A stretch of 64,000 nucleotides of DNA from NCBI GenBank assembly GCA_038141825.1, contig JAYQIV010000005.1:31268-95267 (forward strand). The letters are read 5' to 3'. This DNA comes from Cryomorphaceae bacterium. GTDB taxonomy: Bacteria > Bacteroidota > Bacteroidia > Flavobacteriales > Schleiferiaceae. Below, in pieces: positions 46,879 to 56,704 of this stretch (its first letter is position 1; each line of letters starts with the position of its first letter). The notes below the pieces were generated by a model. The model made no database searches. It was not told the DNA's origin and was given only the letters and a program-made list of their open reading frames with translations. A program made the translations under genes and the position numbers.

Positions 46879-47939
46879 CGAGTGTATTTCAAGTTTCGTA
46901 AGTAATGGTCGGCCAACACCAGTTGAATCATGGCCTCCACGATAGGTACGGCACGTGGCACTACGCAAGGATCGTGGCGTCCCTTGGCGGCCAATATTGT
47001 GGCATTGCCGTCCTTATCGACTGTGTTTTGTTCTTTTCCAATGGTAGCAACCGGCTTAAAGGCGACGCGAACCTCGATGGGTGCACCGTTGCTCAATCCA
47101 CCGACGACCCCGCCGGCATTATTGGTTGCGGTTTTAAAATCTTCTGTAATAGCATCGTTGTGCGCACTGCCGCGCATTGCAGCCGCTGCAAACCCTGATC
47201 CGATCTCAAAACCCTTGACTGCATTGATGCTCATGAGCGCCTTGGCAAGATCTGCTTGTAGCTTATCAAAAACAGGTTCGCCTAAGCCTACCGGCACGCC
47301 CGAGGCTACGGCAGTGATCACACCGCCCGTACTGTCTTTGTCGGCGCGGCATTGCTCGATATACGTTTCCATCTTTGCTGCGGTCTCCGGATGCGGACAT
47401 CGCGTGGGATGGGCGTCGATACCATCAAGGTCTAATTCTGAAGTAGGCACTTGTAAGGCAATAGGGCCTACTGCGCTTACCCAGGCTTTCACGCTTACCT
47501 GCGGCAAAAGTTGAGCGGCCAATGCACCCGCCACTACTCGGCAAGCCGTTTCACGAGCACTAGAGCGACCGCCGCCTCTATAATCGCGGTGGCCGTATTT
47601 CGCATCGTAGGTGAAATCTGCGTGTGAAGGGCGGTACACATCCTTCAGGTGTCCGTAATCCTTGCTTTGCTGGTCCTTGTTCGGAATAGAGAAAGCAATG
47701 GGCGTTCCTGTAGTCTTTCCTTCAAACAAACCGCTGTGGAAGGTGACTTTGTCCTCTTCGTTGCGCTCGGTCGTCAAATGACTCTGCCCTGGACGGCGAC
47801 GGTCTAGGGCTTGCTGCACAAGGTCTAGATCGATATTTATACCAGCAGGCATGCCGTCGAGAATACCACCGATCTGGCTGCCGTGACTCTCACCATAGGT
47901 GGTGAGCACTAAAGATTGTCCTATTGTATTTCCGGGCAT
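46875..47939 (-). CDS. aroC: Chorismate synthase
   Basis: MPGNTIGQSLVLTTYGESHG...GGGRSSARETA...GRHDPCVVPRAVPIVEAM. Confidence 0.9.
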   Translation of the reverse strand: MPGNTIGQSLVLTTYGESHGSQIGGILDGMPAGINIDLDLVQQALDRRRPGQSHLTTERNEEDKVTFHSGLFEGKTTGTPIAFSIPNKDQQSKDYGHLKDVYRPSHADFTYDAKYGHRDYRGGGRSSARETACRVVAGALAAQLLPQVSVKAWVSAVGPIALQVPTSELDLDGIDAHPTRCPHPETAAKMETYIEQCRADKDSTGGVITAVASGVPVGLGEPVFDKLQADLAKALMSINAVKGFEIGSGFAAAAMRGSAHNDAITEDFKTATNNAGGVVGGLSNGAPIEVRVAFKPVATIGKEQNTVDKDGNATILAAKGRHDPCVVPRAVPIVEAMIQLVLADHYLRNLKYTR

Positions 47940-47984
47940 GCCACTAAAGTAGGAAACACAGCGCATTCTCCGTAATATTGAAGC

Positions 47985-49229
47985 ATGAACCTGAAGCTGA
48001 TTAACATAAAATCCTTGGGCGGTATTCATCCGGAAGGAACAAAGTGGTTACGCGGGTCCGATTTGGGCCACTTCCCCACCCTCGAAAACGCCTATCTCAC
48101 CATCACTGACGGCAAGATCTCTGATTTCGGACCAATGACCCATTGCCCGCAAGATGAGCTGCCTACCCGCGATTGCTCGGACAGACACGTGCTCCCGGCC
48201 TTCGTAGATTCTCACAGCCACCTGGTCTATGCCGGAACACGGGAAGAGGAATTCAATCTTCGACTCAAGGGCGCCAGCTATGAAGAAATCGCTGCAGCCG
48301 GTGGCGGTATTCTCAACAGCGCAGCTAAAGTGAGCACCTCCTCCGTTGATCAGCTCGTGAGCCAAGCTACATTCCGCCTCGAAAACCTTATCGAATGCGG
48401 AACAGGTACTTTGGAAGTAAAAAGCGGCTATGGTTTGGACCCAGAGAACGAATTGAAGCTTTTGCGTGCCATCAAAGCACTGAATGACCAAAGCCATGCT
48501 ACACTAGTCCCTACATTCTTGGCTGCGCACGCCCTTCCTGCTTGGGCCAAAGCGCAAGGCATGAACGATGCCAGCTACACCAAATACATGTTAGACGAGT
48601 GTCTTCCTAAGGTTCATAAAAACGAAAACCTTGCAGGATTCTTAGACGGCTTTATTGAGCGTGACTATTTCAAATTGGACGCCTTACAGCATTTGATCGA
48701 TGCCAGTACCACTAGCGGATTGCCGCTGAAGATTCACGTCAATCAGTTTTACGACATCGGTGGTATTCAGATGGCGGTAGAAGCCGGTGCACTGAGCGTG
48801 GACCACCTCGAGGTAATGAGTCCTGAGGCTCTGAAGGCATTGCACGGCAGTGATACCATTGCTACCCTCCTACCTTCTTGCAGCTACTTCCTCGGCATTC
48901 CTTACGGTCCTGCTCGAGAACTTATAGAAAACGATTGCGTCGTGGCTTTGGCCACAGATTACAACCCGGGCTCGTCGCCTGGAGGAAACATGCAACTGGT
49001 GTGTAACATGGCTTGTACCCAGATGAAGATGACACCAGCGGAAGCGCTAAACGCAGCCACTATTAACGGTGCGGCAGCCTTACAGCTAAGCGAGCGCAAA
49101 GGATCCATTGCCGTGGGTAAGGATGCGGATCTATTGATCACCAAGGCCATCCCATCGCTGGAGTATCTGTGTTACGATTTCGGAACCAATCACATTCAAA
49201 CCACCATTTTAGGTGGACAAACCCAATGA
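47985..49229 (+). CDS. hutI: Imidazolonepropionase
   Basis: FVDSHSHLVYAG..., ...KIHVNQF..., ...ALATDYNPGSSP. Confidence 0.9.
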   Translation: MNLKLINIKSLGGIHPEGTKWLRGSDLGHFPTLENAYLTITDGKISDFGPMTHCPQDELPTRDCSDRHVLPAFVDSHSHLVYAGTREEEFNLRLKGASYEEIAAAGGGILNSAAKVSTSSVDQLVSQATFRLENLIECGTGTLEVKSGYGLDPENELKLLRAIKALNDQSHATLVPTFLAAHALPAWAKAQGMNDASYTKYMLDECLPKVHKNENLAGFLDGFIERDYFKLDALQHLIDASTTSGLPLKIHVNQFYDIGGIQMAVEAGALSVDHLEVMSPEALKALHGSDTIATLLPSCSYFLGIPYGPARELIENDCVVALATDYNPGSSPGGNMQLVCNMACTQMKMTPAEALNAATINGAAALQLSERKGSIAVGKDADLLITKAIPSLEYLCYDFGTNHIQTTILGGQTQ

Positions 49230-50214
49230 GCACAGTATTAGAACATTACACCAAAGAAGATCTTCTTAGCCGCACCTCCGTTCGTTCAGGTGAACAGCGC
49301 CTAGGAGAACGTATTGCAACGGTTAGCGAGGCCGATTGGACCAGCGCTGATTCCCTTCCGTTCAAGTTCGTTCTTGTTGGAGTAGAAGAAGATTTCGGCG
49401 TTCGCGCCAACCACGGTCGTGGCGGTGCTGATCGCGCGTTCCAAAGCGTTTTTTGAGTTATTTCCTCAACATGCAGGTGAACCGTTTCTTCCCTACCGAC
49501 GCGGTAGCGGTTCTTGGAGCGGTAGTTCCAACCACGGCGATAGAAAGCGATCGGATAGACGCTTTGCGCGAGGCCACGGCGGCAAACGACCATACGGTGA
49601 GCTCTGTGGTACGCAGAATCACTGAATTAGGGGCTATTCCAATCATTATTGGTGGAGGTCATAACAATGCCTACGGGTGTTTGAAAGGCAGTAGCGAAGC
49701 AAAAGGACGCGCCATCAACTGCCTGAATATTGACGCACATACAGATTTAAGAACGACCGAAGGCAGGCACAGTGGCAACGGATTTACCTACGCCGCGAAT
49801 GCAGGCTACATGGCGAATTACTTCATGCTAGGTCTTCAAGAGAATTATACGCCAGAATACATTTGGCAAACCATTGAGCACAACGATGCTTACAATGTGG
49901 CAAGCTTCGAAGATTTACAATCGGGTGAATTGACCCAAGACGAAGCGCTCATTCACATCGCCGAACATTTGGGGATGGAATATGGATTGGAATTGGATGT
50001 GGATGTCATCGCAAATTTCCCTTCCAGTGCACAGAGCGTGAGCGGATTTTCCTTTGATCAGGTCCGTCAAATCATCTACGCGCTCGATATGCTGCCCCAC
50101 TACTTCCATCTTTGTGAAGGCCGCGTAACCTCAGAAGAGGAACATGCCTTAGTCGGAAGAGGTTTGGCCCTTCTCGTGTCCGATTTTATCAAAGCACACA
50201 TCTTCAGCGAATAA
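49226..50214 (+). pseudogene. hutG: Formimidoylglutamase (arginase family), split by one frameshift in a T-run
   Basis: The N-terminal piece MSTVLEHYTKEDLL...GVRANHGRGGADRAFQSVF stops at 49454-49456. The body continues in frame -1 (SYFLNMQVN...IIIGGGHNNAYG...NIDAHTDLR...). The junction is at T6, 49449-49454. The ATG overlaps the hutI stop (ATGA). Confidence 0.75.
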
Positions 50215-50215
50215 C

Positions 50216-51129
50216 ATGAGCTACCGGATAGAATGCATACCCAACGTCAGCACTGCCGATCCAGCAATCCTTGAACGCATTGCTGCTGCGATCCAAGCTA
50301 CTGAGGGCGTAACGCTGCATTTTGTGGACCCCGGCCATAGCGCCAACCGTACCGTATTCACCTACCTCGGCCCAGTGAGCCAAGTCCTCAAGGCCACCGA
50401 AGCGCTCTTTGCCATTGCGCTGAGCGAAATCGATATGCGCCAGCATCAAGGCGTACACCCACGAATGGGCGCTGTAGATGTTTGTCCCTTCGTTCTGCTG
50501 GACGATGACACATATGCTAATGACCTGCTCGAGCGCGTGCGCACGTTCGCTGAAGACATAAGTACGAAACACGATTTGGCCATCTACGGCTACGAGCACC
50601 TCGCGAGCAGCCCAGCGCGGAAAAACCTCGCTGCAGTACGTCAAGGAGAGTATGAAGGCCTTGAAGAGAGATTTGCTAAAGGCGACCTCCCTGACTTCGG
50701 TCCGCAGAGTTTCACCTCGGCGGTAGCCCTTCACGGTGCCACAGCCCTGAGTGTGCGCCCCTTGATGGTGGCATATAATGTTAATCTAATTGGCGGCGAG
50801 CTTAAGGATCGACTAAAGGCAGCAAAGCAAATAGCTGGGAAAATCCGAGAGCGCGACGGCGGTTTACCGGGAGTCAAAGCCATAGGATGGTATTTACCAG
50901 ATTTCGATCTCGTTCAGGTCAGCTGCAACCTCACCAAGCCAAATGAAGCAGGAGTTTGTGAAGTATTTACCCGAGTCCAAGAACTGGCTGCATGCATTGG
51001 GATTTGAGGCCCCTTCTTCGGAACTCATCGGTTGCATCCCACAAAGCCAATTCACCACGCATGACCCCAGAGGAACTGGGATTTGGTCAGCTGAAGCCTT
51101 TTGATCAACTTAGAATACTCAATATCTAA
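50216..51129 (+). pseudogene. Glutamate formimidoyltransferase (FtcD N-terminal type), C-terminus disrupted by two +1 frameshifts
   Basis: MSYRIECIPNVSTADPAILERI...HSANRTVFTYLG...HPRMGAVDVCPF. After 50998 the conserved tail continues as GFEAPSSELIGCIPQSQFTT (next frame) and then MTPEELGFGQLKPFDQLRILNI (next frame again). Confidence 0.7.
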
Positions 51130-51134
51130 ACCAC

Positions 51135-52217
51135 ATGAAAACCAAACTGCTATTCCTACTCACTCTCTGCTTTATTCAAGCGAGCGCTCAAGAAATTAAT
51201 CATCGTCAAGACTTCTCTGGTGGAGCCGCTATGACCTCTTATGGAAGAGCAGCCTTAAACGGCAAGTGGCAATTTGATATCACGCCCTTCGCGTGTTCTC
51301 CTTCGCTCGTTGAATACCCATTCACATTAGCGACGAAAACTCAATATTGGAGCAATAACGGCTGGAGCACAACCCTTCAAGCTGATGGATACCTAACCCC
51401 AGGTCACTGTTATTTGGACGCTTTTGGTTATTCTGGGATTCCACATATTCGACCAGCGGGACAACTGTTTTGGACCATTAATGTTCCTATCAAAAACCAG
51501 GAGATTATAAAAACAAAACTTGAAGAGGTAAGCATTGACCTTGTTGAATCCTCCGTACCTAATCTTTTTGGCTTTGGCTTCCATGACGAAACTGTGCCTG
51601 CGACTTCTTACCATCCTTTTGAGACCATGGTTAATCGAGATATTCATTTTACATCCGGGCTATTATTCAATCGGATACGGGTTCCCAGTGTTTACACCTT
51701 AAGCTCCTCTAGTTTCAGCCCCAATGTGGTCGAGGCATGGCCCTTTGGGCAAACTCTCAGTGGATTTTTAGGAATTACAAAACAGAATTACAGTATCAGA
51801 TCTATTAAAACTAGCCAAGGAAGAAACGTGATAAAGTTGAGAGAATCTTCTTACAAAATAGGACTCCTCTTACCTTTACATTATACGATTTTAGGTCAAG
51901 ATGGATATATCGAACCGAGTTCTGTTAAAAGCCGGTTCTACAGGTTCCCTCGTCCCTATTATCGAAAGTTCAACGGAACTACGCTAGGGTTTCACTTAGG
52001 CTCAACACATTACATCAACCGTCAAGAACTAAGCAAAGGAGGTAAAAATCCCTCTAAAATCACAGAGCTTGAGTTAGGTGTTATTTGGCTGCCTTGGGAT
52101 TTCTATTCTGGAGAAATTCCTCCGCTGCAGTTTAGAGTGGTCGCACGACCAGGGCTTTGGAAAGACCATATATCTAAAAAGCCATTGACATCCAAGCATT
52201 GGGGATACTTGCCTTAA
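51135..52217 (+). CDS. Hypothetical secreted protein
   Basis: 360-aa ORF with signal MKTKLLFLLTLCFIQASAQ. It is AT-richer than its neighbours and no family was recognised. Confidence 0.5.
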   Translation: MKTKLLFLLTLCFIQASAQEINHRQDFSGGAAMTSYGRAALNGKWQFDITPFACSPSLVEYPFTLATKTQYWSNNGWSTTLQADGYLTPGHCYLDAFGYSGIPHIRPAGQLFWTINVPIKNQEIIKTKLEEVSIDLVESSVPNLFGFGFHDETVPATSYHPFETMVNRDIHFTSGLLFNRIRVPSVYTLSSSSFSPNVVEAWPFGQTLSGFLGITKQNYSIRSIKTSQGRNVIKLRESSYKIGLLLPLHYTILGQDGYIEPSSVKSRFYRFPRPYYRKFNGTTLGFHLGSTHYINRQELSKGGKNPSKITELELGVIWLPWDFYSGEIPPLQFRVVARPGLWKDHISKKPLTSKHWGYLP

Positions 52218-52267
52218 GGAACATATGGCACGATTTTCCCTAGCTAAGTGCCAGCAAAAGACCATCT

Positions 52268-54671
52268 ATGAAAATCAGAATAGCAGCGGTACTACTGCTT
52301 TTATGCATGGCGTCCTCCACACTTTGGGGACAAAATCAATATACCATTAGCGGATATATTTCCGACCAAGCCTCAGGTGAGGCCTTGATAGGCGCCAATA
52401 TTTGGGCTCCTACCCAGCGCGTGGGTACTTCATCCAACGTCTATGGGTTCTACTCCTTGACGCTGCCAGAGGGAACCCATGTAATCAGATTGCAATACCT
52501 GGGGTATGCCACCTTGAACTTTGAGGTAAACCTGGTGGAAAACATGGACCAAAACTTCGAAATGGAAGGCGTCGACAACTTGCTCAATGAAGTCGAAGTG
52601 ATCGCCAGCGAAGGGGTGAAAATCGAAGAGCAGGTGCAGATGTCTCGTATGGAGGTCCCTATCAAGCAGCTCAAATCGCTTCCAGCCATTATGGGGGAAG
52701 TAGATATCATGAAAACCCTTCAGCTCTTGCCAGGGTGTACAAAGCGGTGGCGAGGGTACATCTGGACTTTACGTCCGCGGCGGCTCACCGGACCAAAACC
52801 TCATTCTTCTAGACGGAGTACCACTGTACAATGTGAACCATTTATTCGGGTTCTTCTCGGTATTCAACGCCGACGCCATCTCTAACGTAAGTCTTACAAA
52901 AGGCGGATTCCCAGCACGTTACGGAGGCAGACTTTCTTCTGTTCTTGAAATCAACATGAAGGAAGGGAACATGAAAGAATTTCACGGTGATGCGACGGTA
53001 AGTTTGATTTCTTCTAAGATGACCGTTGAGGGTCCACTGATCAAAGACAAGGCCAGCTTTATGCTTTCTGCGCGTCGTACCTATTTGGATGTGTTGGCCA
53101 GACCGTTCATCAATAATTTGAACGCACAAGACCCAAATTTCAACGTGAGCCCTACCTACTACTTCTACGACATGAACGGGAAGGTGAATTACAAATTGGG
53201 CCAATACGACAGATTCTACCTCAGCCATTTCCAAGGCAAGGATGATTTCGGGTTGAAATCTGACGATGTCTATGAGAGCGGCACCTATCGGGACGAAAAC
53301 TCCATCAACTTTGGGTTGGATTGGCGCAACAGCATCACCGCCGCGCGATGGAACCACCAATGGTCTCCAAAGCTGTTCTCGAATGTGACTGCGACCAGAA
53401 GCCAGTACAACTTTAATACGCGTGCCGTCAGTGAAAACGTAAGCTACCCCTCCTATCCTGATACGACGGGGATGACTGAGGAACGATTCGCCGGTCTGTA
53501 CTTCTCAGGCATTGAAGACTACGGCTCGAGAATTGATTTTGATTATGCCATGAACAGCCGCCATTACATTCGATTTGGCGCGAACTACACCCACCATACC
53601 TTCTCCCCTGGTGCCACGAACTTGCAATTTTCTTCCGGCGGTTTCAACCTTGACACTACGCTAGGCAGTACAAATGTGTATTCAGACGAGGTCTATGCCT
53701 TCTTAGAAGATGAATGGACCATCACTGAGAATTTGAAAGTCAACGGTGGTTTGCACTTTGCCAATTTATTTGTCGAAGGCGAAAGCTATCACAGCCTGCA
53801 ACCGCGCTTTGGGATGAATTATAGATTGCCAGGCGGCTATGCCTTCAAGGCTTCTTATGCCGATATGATGCAGTTTGTCAACCTGTTGACCAACGAGGGA
53901 ATAGGATTGCCAACGGATTTATGGGTACCCTCCACCGCTCGAATCAAACCGCAGACCTCACAGCAAATTGCCGCAGGATTGGCTAAGAATATTGGACCCT
54001 ACGAATTCAGTGTTGAAGGGTATTACAAGCAAATGGATAACCTCGTGAGCTACAAAGAGGGCGCTTCTTTCCTATTCTCGGTGGACAACGATACTTGGGA
54101 AGATAAAATCTCTCAAGGTTCCGGAGAGAGCTATGGTATGGAGTTGTTCGCACAGCGCAAGACGGGCCAAACCACAGGTTGGATAGGCTACACGCTCAGC
54201 TGGAGTTTCCGCCAATTCGACGATATCAACGGCGGCGAACGCTACTTCTTTACCTACGACCGCCGACACGACATTTCTGTGGTGATGAGTCACGATTTCA
54301 CAGAGAATGTGAGCTTTAGTGGGGCGTGGGTCTACGGAACAGGACGTGCAGTGACCTTGCCTGAATATGCGTATTTGACCAATTTACCCGACGGCTTGAG
54401 CTGGTGGGACGGCATGCAAGAATTGGTTGAGCGTCCTTCGGATAAAAACGCTTACCGCATGAGCCCGTACCACCGATTAGACTTGAGCTTGAGCTTTAAA
54501 AAGGAAAAACGCCATTTTGACCGCTGGTGGGTGTTCAGCACCTACAACACGTACAACAACTTGAACCCCTTCTTCATAGAAACTGCGACGGACGACAATG
54601 GAAATCCTGGATTGCGCGAATACGGCCTCTTCCCATTGATTCCATCTGTTGCGTACCGCATTAAATTTTAA
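52268..54671 (+). pseudogene. TonB-dependent receptor with CarboxypepD_reg-like N-terminal domain, split by one +1 frameshift in the plug
   Basis: YTISGYISDQASGEALIGANIW... comes first. Then LQLLPG / VQSGGEGTSGLYVRGGSPDQNLILLDGVPLYNVNHLFGFFSVFN becomes colinear if one G is removed at 52733-52735. The protein ends ...SVAYRIKF. Confidence 0.75.
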
Positions 54672-54674
54672 GTC

Positions 54675-55562
54675 ATGAGATCAGCAATTGTCCTTTTACT
54701 CTCCCTTACTGTATTGACGAGTTGTGATAACCTCGTCAATGGTGTGGTTCGTGATATAGAACTACCGCCGCATGAAAGCCAACTTGCCGGCAGCTTATTC
54801 CTGGATTCCAGAGATAGTAGCCTCAGCGCTTTGGTCAGCTCTTCTGCCGGTGTGTATGATACTGCCAAAAGTCGTGCGGTCAAGGATGCCCAGTGTAGAA
54901 TTTTACAAGATGGCACCCCCATATACACCTGGACCACTCAAGATTTCCAAGGAAACTATGTGGAGCTGTTGCCCGATCGATTGGGTGCGCTCAGCGGCAC
55001 CATCACTTTCGAGGCAAGCCATCCGGATTTTGAAACGGTGAGCGCGACGCAAGTGTTCCCTGCGAAGCCTGAGGCTGAAATCTCGATTAATTATGCAGGA
55101 ACCCAATTGTTTGGGGATGTTTCGGACGAATTGGTCCTAACCCTAAAAGATTTACCTGGTGTGAATCAGCATTACATCATCAGCATGTCGGTTCACTTCA
55201 GAACAGCGCTCAGTGGGCAGGATACTTCGCAGTACTACGATTTGTATTGGGAAACGGAAAGCCCTAATACGACGCAGCTTTGGGGAAAAGACAACGCCGT
55301 CCTCGTTTCCGAAAACGGCGTCGATCGTGATATTAAAATCATTGCGGCTACTGGGGTCAATCCTATCAACTTTGGTATGCTTCACGAATATCGTGTAAAG
55401 GTCACTGCCTTAAGTCAAGAGCTCTATGAGTTCTACCGCAGCTATGACGCCTTCAGCAATGCCCAAAACAATCCTTTTGCAGAACCGGTAGTACTATACT
55501 CCAATATGAGCAACAACATGGGTTGCTTTGGCGTGAGTACTTCCAAGATGTTCTACAAATAG
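54675..55562 (+). CDS. DUF4249 family lipoprotein (partner of the preceding TonB-dependent receptor)
   Basis: Lipobox MRSAIVLLLSLTVLTSC and a C-terminal ...NMSNNMGCFGV motif typical of DUF4249. It lies 3 nt after the receptor stop. Confidence 0.65.
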   Translation: MRSAIVLLLSLTVLTSCDNLVNGVVRDIELPPHESQLAGSLFLDSRDSSLSALVSSSAGVYDTAKSRAVKDAQCRILQDGTPIYTWTTQDFQGNYVELLPDRLGALSGTITFEASHPDFETVSATQVFPAKPEAEISINYAGTQLFGDVSDELVLTLKDLPGVNQHYIISMSVHFRTALSGQDTSQYYDLYWETESPNTTQLWGKDNAVLVSENGVDRDIKIIAATGVNPINFGMLHEYRVKVTALSQELYEFYRSYDAFSNAQNNPFAEPVVLYSNMSNNMGCFGVSTSKMFYK

Positions 55563-55563
55563 A

Positions 55564-56568
55564 TTAGTAGGTCAACAGCACGCTGCCCCAAGTAAATCCA
55601 GCGCCAAAGGCAGCCAAACAAACGGTATCGCCACGCTTCACGGCACCTTCGTCCACCGCCTCGGAAAGGGCGATGGCTATGGAGGCCCCAGTGGTGTTGC
55701 CGTATTTCTGAATGTTATTGAATACTTGGTCGTCGCGAAGTCCCATGCGTTTTTGAATGAACTGAGCAATGCGCAGGTTGGCCTGATGAGGGATCAAACA
55801 ATCGATTTTATCGGGTGTCAATCCATTCTTCGCCAACGCCTCGCCGATCACTTCGCCGAAGCGCACGACGGCATTCTTAAAGACAAAGTTCCCATTCATC
55901 TGCGGGTAGTGAATATCCGGATCTACTCCATTTTCAAGCAATTCCCCTATCCAGTGCTGGGTTCCAAAGCCCCTCATCGTAAGTTCCTCCTTATTCTTGC
56001 CCTCGCTGTGCATATGGCAACTCTTTATACCGCCCTCTCCTTCTGATGCTCTTGAAAGAACTACGGCGCCGGCACCATCGCCAAAAATGACACTTACCCC
56101 TCTGCCTCGTGTGGTTTTGTCTAAGAAAGGACTTTGTAGCTCCGAGGCAACGACCAACACATGCTCGTACATGCCCGTTTGAACGAAGGCATTACCCACG
56201 CTCAGTGCATAGATAAACCCTGAACAGGCATTGCGCACATCCGTCGCCCCTGCGGTATGGATGCCGAGGGCCTCTTGTACTTGGACCCCACAACCAGGGA
56301 AATAATAATCCGGCGAAATGGTCGCAAAGACGATGTGGCCAATATCACTTGGTTCAAGCCCGGCGGCTTCAATGGCCTTGCGTGCGGCCTTAATACCCAT
56401 TGTGGCTGCGGTATTGCCATCCCCTTCCTCTACCCAACGGCGTTCTCTAATGCCCGTTCTCTCGGTGATCCACTCGTCATTGGTGTCCATCAAGGTGCTT
56501 AGGTAATCATTGGTTATGATGCGTTCTGGTACATAATGTCCCGTTCCGGAAATTTTAGCTGTGTGCAT
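55564..56568 (-). CDS. fabH: Beta-ketoacyl-ACP synthase III
   Basis: ISGTGHYVPERIITNDYL..., active-site ACSGFIYAL, HQANLRI, and GNTTGASI. Confidence 0.85.
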   Translation of the reverse strand: MHTAKISGTGHYVPERIITNDYLSTLMDTNDEWITERTGIRERRWVEEGDGNTAATMGIKAARKAIEAAGLEPSDIGHIVFATISPDYYFPGCGVQVQEALGIHTAGATDVRNACSGFIYALSVGNAFVQTGMYEHVLVVASELQSPFLDKTTRGRGVSVIFGDGAGAVVLSRASEGEGGIKSCHMHSEGKNKEELTMRGFGTQHWIGELLENGVDPDIHYPQMNGNFVFKNAVVRFGEVIGEALAKNGLTPDKIDCLIPHQANLRIAQFIQKRMGLRDDQVFNNIQKYGNTTGASIAIALSEAVDEGAVKRGDTVCLAAFGAGFTWGSVLLTY

Positions 56569-56704
56569 GTGTCTATGATTAGGTTGTGACCTATAAGATA
56601 ACGCAAAATTGACACCCTTGGTTGACACCTTGTCACATTAATGGGCCCAAAAAAGGCATGGCACAAGAGTTGAACAGGAAGCAGAAACCAAAATATCAAA
56701 TACA

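Noticed and set aside
46930-47514. 194-aa plus-strand ORF
   Set aside because: It is antisense to chorismate synthase. The Ala/Pro/Thr/Ser-rich composition is typical of a shadow frame.
50204-50734. 176-aa minus-strand ORF
   Set aside because: It is antisense to the glutamate formimidoyltransferase gene, which has clear family motifs.
52842-53360. 172-aa minus-strand ORF
   Set aside because: It is antisense to the TonB-dependent receptor barrel region.
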